The notes below the pieces were generated by a model that saw only the letters and a program-made list of their open reading frames with translations, was not told the DNA's origin and did no database searches. DNA of 64,000 nt from Clostridia bacterium (GTDB taxonomy: Bacteria; Bacillota; Clostridia; TANB77; CAG-465). The stretch covers positions 29,723 to 93,722 of the forward strand of contig JAZRSA010000050.1 of the NCBI GenBank assembly GCA_045651205.1, written 5' to 3'. Position numbers and translations under genes: made by a program. This document shows, piece after piece, positions 60,646-64,000 of this stretch (the stretch's first letter is position 1; every line of letters starts with the position of its first letter).

Positions 60646-61143
60646 TTAAAATTTATGTCCACATTTAGTACAGAAATTAACATCTACACCATGTACAGCT
60701 TTACATTCTGGACATACTTTTTCTGTTACAACTTCTTCTACCTTTTCCTCAGGTATTCTTACTTTCTTTTGCTTAGCTCCACAATGAGGACAGAATTTAT
60801 TTTCTATTCCTATTGTTTCTTTACATTCTTCACAAACTCTTAAATCTTTAAGATATAGTGTTTTAACATCTATTTTATCTATATCTTTATACATTTTTTC
60901 TATTCTCTTACATTCTTTTGCAAGTTCTGGTGCTACTTTTTCACCACTTTTATATTTTTCGTATACCATTACACCGATTTCGCCAAGAGTTGCAGTTATT
61001 TCGTCTTCTATATCACTTGCCTTTATTTTAAGCTTAGCTTCTTCCATAAATTTAGAAGATTTATCTGCTACAGTTTTATATATTTTTTCTGCTCCATCTC
61101 CTGCTTTATCTAATACGTCTTTTACTTTATCTTTAAATTCCAT
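60646..61143 (-). CDS. Hypothetical protein with two C-terminal zinc-ribbon motifs
   Basis: 165 aa. CEEC...CPHC and CPEC...CTKC pairs. N-terminal helical region. Confidence 0.45.
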   Translation of the reverse strand: MEFKDKVKDVLDKAGDGAEKIYKTVADKSSKFMEEAKLKIKASDIEDEITATLGEIGVMVYEKYKSGEKVAPELAKECKRIEKMYKDIDKIDVKTLYLKDLRVCEECKETIGIENKFCPHCGAKQKKVRIPEEKVEEVVTEKVCPECKAVHGVDVNFCTKCGHKF

Positions 61144-61182
61144 AATTAAACCTCCAATTATACCTTGTTTATATCACAAAAA

Positions 61183-62562
61183 TTATACAAGTTCAATGAT
61201 TTTTGATACTATATTTTCAAATTTCATTCCCCTTGATGCTTTAGCTGCAATAAGCGAATTTGGTGCTAAAAATCTTTCCATATGTTCATAGAATATTTCT
61301 TTAGTTTTATACCAATTTGTTTTTAATTGTTGTTTCTCATCTAAGCCATTATATGCTTGTTCCATATGTTCTCCAATAACAACAATATTAGTAATTTCTT
61401 TTTCTATAGCATATTCTATACAAGACTTATGACCGCTTAGAGTTTCATCTCCAAGTTCATACATATCTCCCATTATTATTGTCTTGCATTCTCTATTTGA
61501 AGCAGCCACTGTATCTATTAAAGATTTCATAGAAACCGGGTTTGCGTTATATGTATCATCTATTAAAAGAATGTTGTCTCCTACTTTCTTAACATCCATT
61601 CTCATTTTAAAGCCTTTATATGACTCTACACCTTTTATTATTTCTTCTATAGTCATATTGTATCTTAATCCAACAGCTATACCTGTTAAAGCTGCATATA
61701 CAAGATGTTTGCTAAGTCCTGGTATTCTTAATTCATATAAATTACCATCTATTAAAACTTCTGCTTTAACTACACCTTCGGTATAATCTACTACTGAATC
61801 TATAGCTTTAATGTCTGCATTTTCACTATATCCATACCAAACCTTTTCTATTGGATTTGTTATTGTAACTAACATATCATCATCTGCATTTAGTATCGCT
61901 ACTCCATCTTCAGGCATATTAGCAAAAACTTCTGTTTTAGCCTTTAATATATTTTCGCGAGTCTTTAAGTATTCTATATGTGCAATACCTATATTAGAAA
62001 TTACTGCAGTGTCTGGTTTTACAATCTTGCTTATACTATCTATTTGACCTAAATGATCCATTCCCATTTCTATTACAGCTATTTCATGATTACTATTTAA
62101 ACCAAGAACTGTAATAGGTGCTCCTATTTCGCTATTTAGATTTCCAGCCGTTTTTAATACATTATATTTTACGCTTAGAACTGAAGCTATCATTTCCTTA
62201 GTAGTTGTTTTACCAACACTACCTGTAATAGCCACTACCGGTATATTGAATTTTGTTCTATACCAAGTAGCTAAAGCTTTTAATGATTCTAGTGTATTTT
62301 CTACAAGGATATATACTATACCTTCTTCGTAATTTTCTAATTCTTTTTCAATAACCGCTGCTATAGCGCCATTTTCTTTTGCCATAGATATATAATTATG
62401 GCCGTCTGTATTTTCCCCTACAATAGCAAAAAATAGCCCATTAGTAGAAACTACTCTACTATCTGTGACTACTTCTTGTACATAGGAGTCAAGGATAGTA
62501 GTTTTACCTACTACCTTACCATTAGTTTTTGTTACTACATCTAACAATGATACGTTTTCCAT
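61183..62562 (-). CDS. murF: UDP-N-acetylmuramoyl-tripeptide--D-alanyl-D-alanine ligase
   Basis: Mur ligase P-loop GSVGKTTTKE and overall MurF architecture. Adjacent to ddl. Confidence 0.9.
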   Translation of the reverse strand: MENVSLLDVVTKTNGKVVGKTTILDSYVQEVVTDSRVVSTNGLFFAIVGENTDGHNYISMAKENGAIAAVIEKELENYEEGIVYILVENTLESLKALATWYRTKFNIPVVAITGSVGKTTTKEMIASVLSVKYNVLKTAGNLNSEIGAPITVLGLNSNHEIAVIEMGMDHLGQIDSISKIVKPDTAVISNIGIAHIEYLKTRENILKAKTEVFANMPEDGVAILNADDDMLVTITNPIEKVWYGYSENADIKAIDSVVDYTEGVVKAEVLIDGNLYELRIPGLSKHLVYAALTGIAVGLRYNMTIEEIIKGVESYKGFKMRMDVKKVGDNILLIDDTYNANPVSMKSLIDTVAASNRECKTIIMGDMYELGDETLSGHKSCIEYAIEKEITNIVVIGEHMEQAYNGLDEKQQLKTNWYKTKEIFYEHMERFLAPNSLIAAKASRGMKFENIVSKIIELV

Positions 62563-62590
62563 TGTTCCTCCTACTTTATTAATATTACAT

Positions 62591-63646
62591 TTATTGAACT
62601 TTACCGTTATATTTTTTTAAAGATATTTCTATTATCTTTTCGCATAAATCTCCATATTCTATTCCAGCAGCTTTCGCTTCTTGTGGAAGTAAGCTTGTTG
62701 GTGTCATACCAGGTAATGTATTTGCTTCTAAACAATATGACACATTATCTGGTGTAGAAAGCATAAAGTCTATTCTTGCATAAACATTTAATCCTAATGC
62801 TTTATATGCCTTTTCTGCCTCTTTTTGCATCAATGTTGTTATAAACGGATTAAGATTTGCAGGGCAAATTTCATCTGTCATACCAGCTTGATATTTATTT
62901 TTATAATCATAGAATCCTAATCTAGGTATAATCTCTATAATTGGAAGAGCATGCCCTTCCATAACACCTATTGAGAATTCTCTACCACGAATATATTCCT
63001 CAACAATTACTGTATCATCATATTTTCTTGCGTTTACTACAGCTGCTCTTAATTCTTCCATATCTGTAGCTATTGAAACACCAACGCTCGAACCACCATT
63101 AGAAGGCTTTACAACAGCTGGAACAAATAGATCCATTTTAACATCTTCATATGTTTGTTCTTTTGTTATTGTTAATCCTTTTGCCATTCTAACACCACGT
63201 GGAATTAACATTTTACGAGTAAGATCTTTGCTCATAGCAACCATACTTCCTTCATAACCTGTTCCTGTATATTTTATATCCATTAAATCGAACGCAGCTT
63301 GAACTTTACCATTTTCTCCGTTTTCACCATGTAATGCCATAAATACTATATCTGATGCTTTACAGATATCTATTACATTTGGTCCAAAGAATTCATTTGG
63401 ATTTTCTCTTAATGCTCTTAGTTCATCTATATTTGGTATTTGATGTCCTACAACAGATCTTTTAGATAATCCATTTTCACCTAACGAAAAGACTGTACTC
63501 ATATCTACATCTTTTAAACCTAAATATACGTCTAATAATACGACATTATGTCCTTTTTCTTTTAAAGCTTTACATATTAAAGTACCTGATGTTATTGAAA
63601 CATCTCTTTCTGTACTTGTTCCTCCACATAAAACTACTATTTTCAT
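62591..63646 (-). CDS. ddl: D-alanine--D-alanine ligase
   Basis: ATP-grasp motifs (KPSNGGSSVGV, EANTLPGMT), N-terminal LCGGTSTERDVS. Confidence 0.92.
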   Translation of the reverse strand: MKIVVLCGGTSTERDVSITSGTLICKALKEKGHNVVLLDVYLGLKDVDMSTVFSLGENGLSKRSVVGHQIPNIDELRALRENPNEFFGPNVIDICKASDIVFMALHGENGENGKVQAAFDLMDIKYTGTGYEGSMVAMSKDLTRKMLIPRGVRMAKGLTITKEQTYEDVKMDLFVPAVVKPSNGGSSVGVSIATDMEELRAAVVNARKYDDTVIVEEYIRGREFSIGVMEGHALPIIEIIPRLGFYDYKNKYQAGMTDEICPANLNPFITTLMQKEAEKAYKALGLNVYARIDFMLSTPDNVSYCLEANTLPGMTPTSLLPQEAKAAGIEYGDLCEKIIEISLKKYNGKVQ

Positions 63647-63722
63647 AATTATTTACTCTCCTTTGATATATTTTACATATATCCACACCATTATATCACT
63701 ATATATTTTATATTTCTACTAT

Positions 63723-64000
63723 TTAACCAATAATTTCTAGTGTTGTACCAGTTATTATTAATCTCTTCATTCCAGCTGTTTCAAATTTAATTTCTGCAAC
63801 TTTCATATCTGAATCTTCTGTAAGACTAGTTACAATACCTACACCGAATTTCTTGTGTCTTACTTTATCTCCCTCTTTAACATCTGCACCTTTATTATTA
63901 TCTTTAGCTACAACTTTACCAATATTAACATTCTTTAAGAAGCTAGATGCATCAATTCCAATTTTAGAAGGAGCTCGTCTTGGAGAATAACCACCCATAG
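63723..64000 (-). CDS. C-terminal fragment of a UvrD/PcrA-like helicase. Partial: continues past the window end.
   Basis: GDKVRHKKFGVGIVTSL......IKFETAGMKRL resembles the conserved UvrD/PcrA C-terminal domain. The ORF is open to the window edge. Confidence 0.4.
   Translation of the reverse strand, partial: MGGYSPRRAPSKIGIDASSFLKNVNIGKVVAKDNNKGADVKEGDKVRHKKFGVGIVTSLTEDSDMKVAEIKFETAGMKRLIITGTTLEIIG

Overview
Low-GC (roughly 28-30% by eye) Firmicutes/Clostridia-type chromosomal segment, from a spore-former (spoIIR is present). It is densely packed and mostly minus-strand housekeeping DNA. Identified genes and RNAs: acyl-ACP thioesterase, fmt, def, priA, a P-loop kinase, rpoZ; a TtcA-like PP-loop enzyme; spoIIR; class A PBP; U32 peptidase; trmB; rnr; secG; initiator tRNA-fMet and elongator tRNA-Met; LCP-family protein; SDR/FabG-like; glmS with an upstream glmS ribozyme; radC-mreB-mreC-mreD-PBP2 cluster; mscL; capA-like; mtaB; UgtP-like glycosyltransferase; Rpn-family nuclease; ligA; pgsA; heterodimeric ABC exporter pair; a 1504-aa L,D-transpeptidase with ~17 tandem Ig-like repeats; serS; engB; tdk; ftsY; murF; ddl; and a partial PcrA-like C-terminus. 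No CRISPR array, rRNA, IS element or prophage was found. Accessory or unusual content: (1) four dispersed paralogues sharing a type-IV-pilin-like N-terminus without Glu5 (K-G-I-S-L-I-V-L...ILAA), one fused to poly-Asn plus BspA-type LRRs; (2) a convergent pair made of an orphan 575-aa protein and a higher-GC PIN-domain protein; (3) two tandem small Cys4 paralogues with discordant GC; (4) a higher-GC two-gene module (41-aa coiled-coil peptide translationally coupled to a 570-aa repeat protein) under a sigma-A-like promoter bearing a perfect 14-bp palindrome; (5) extensive in-frame coding tandem repeats (PT/PEPEPT linkers, GIEQG repeats, a ~900-bp internal duplication in the Ldt gene).
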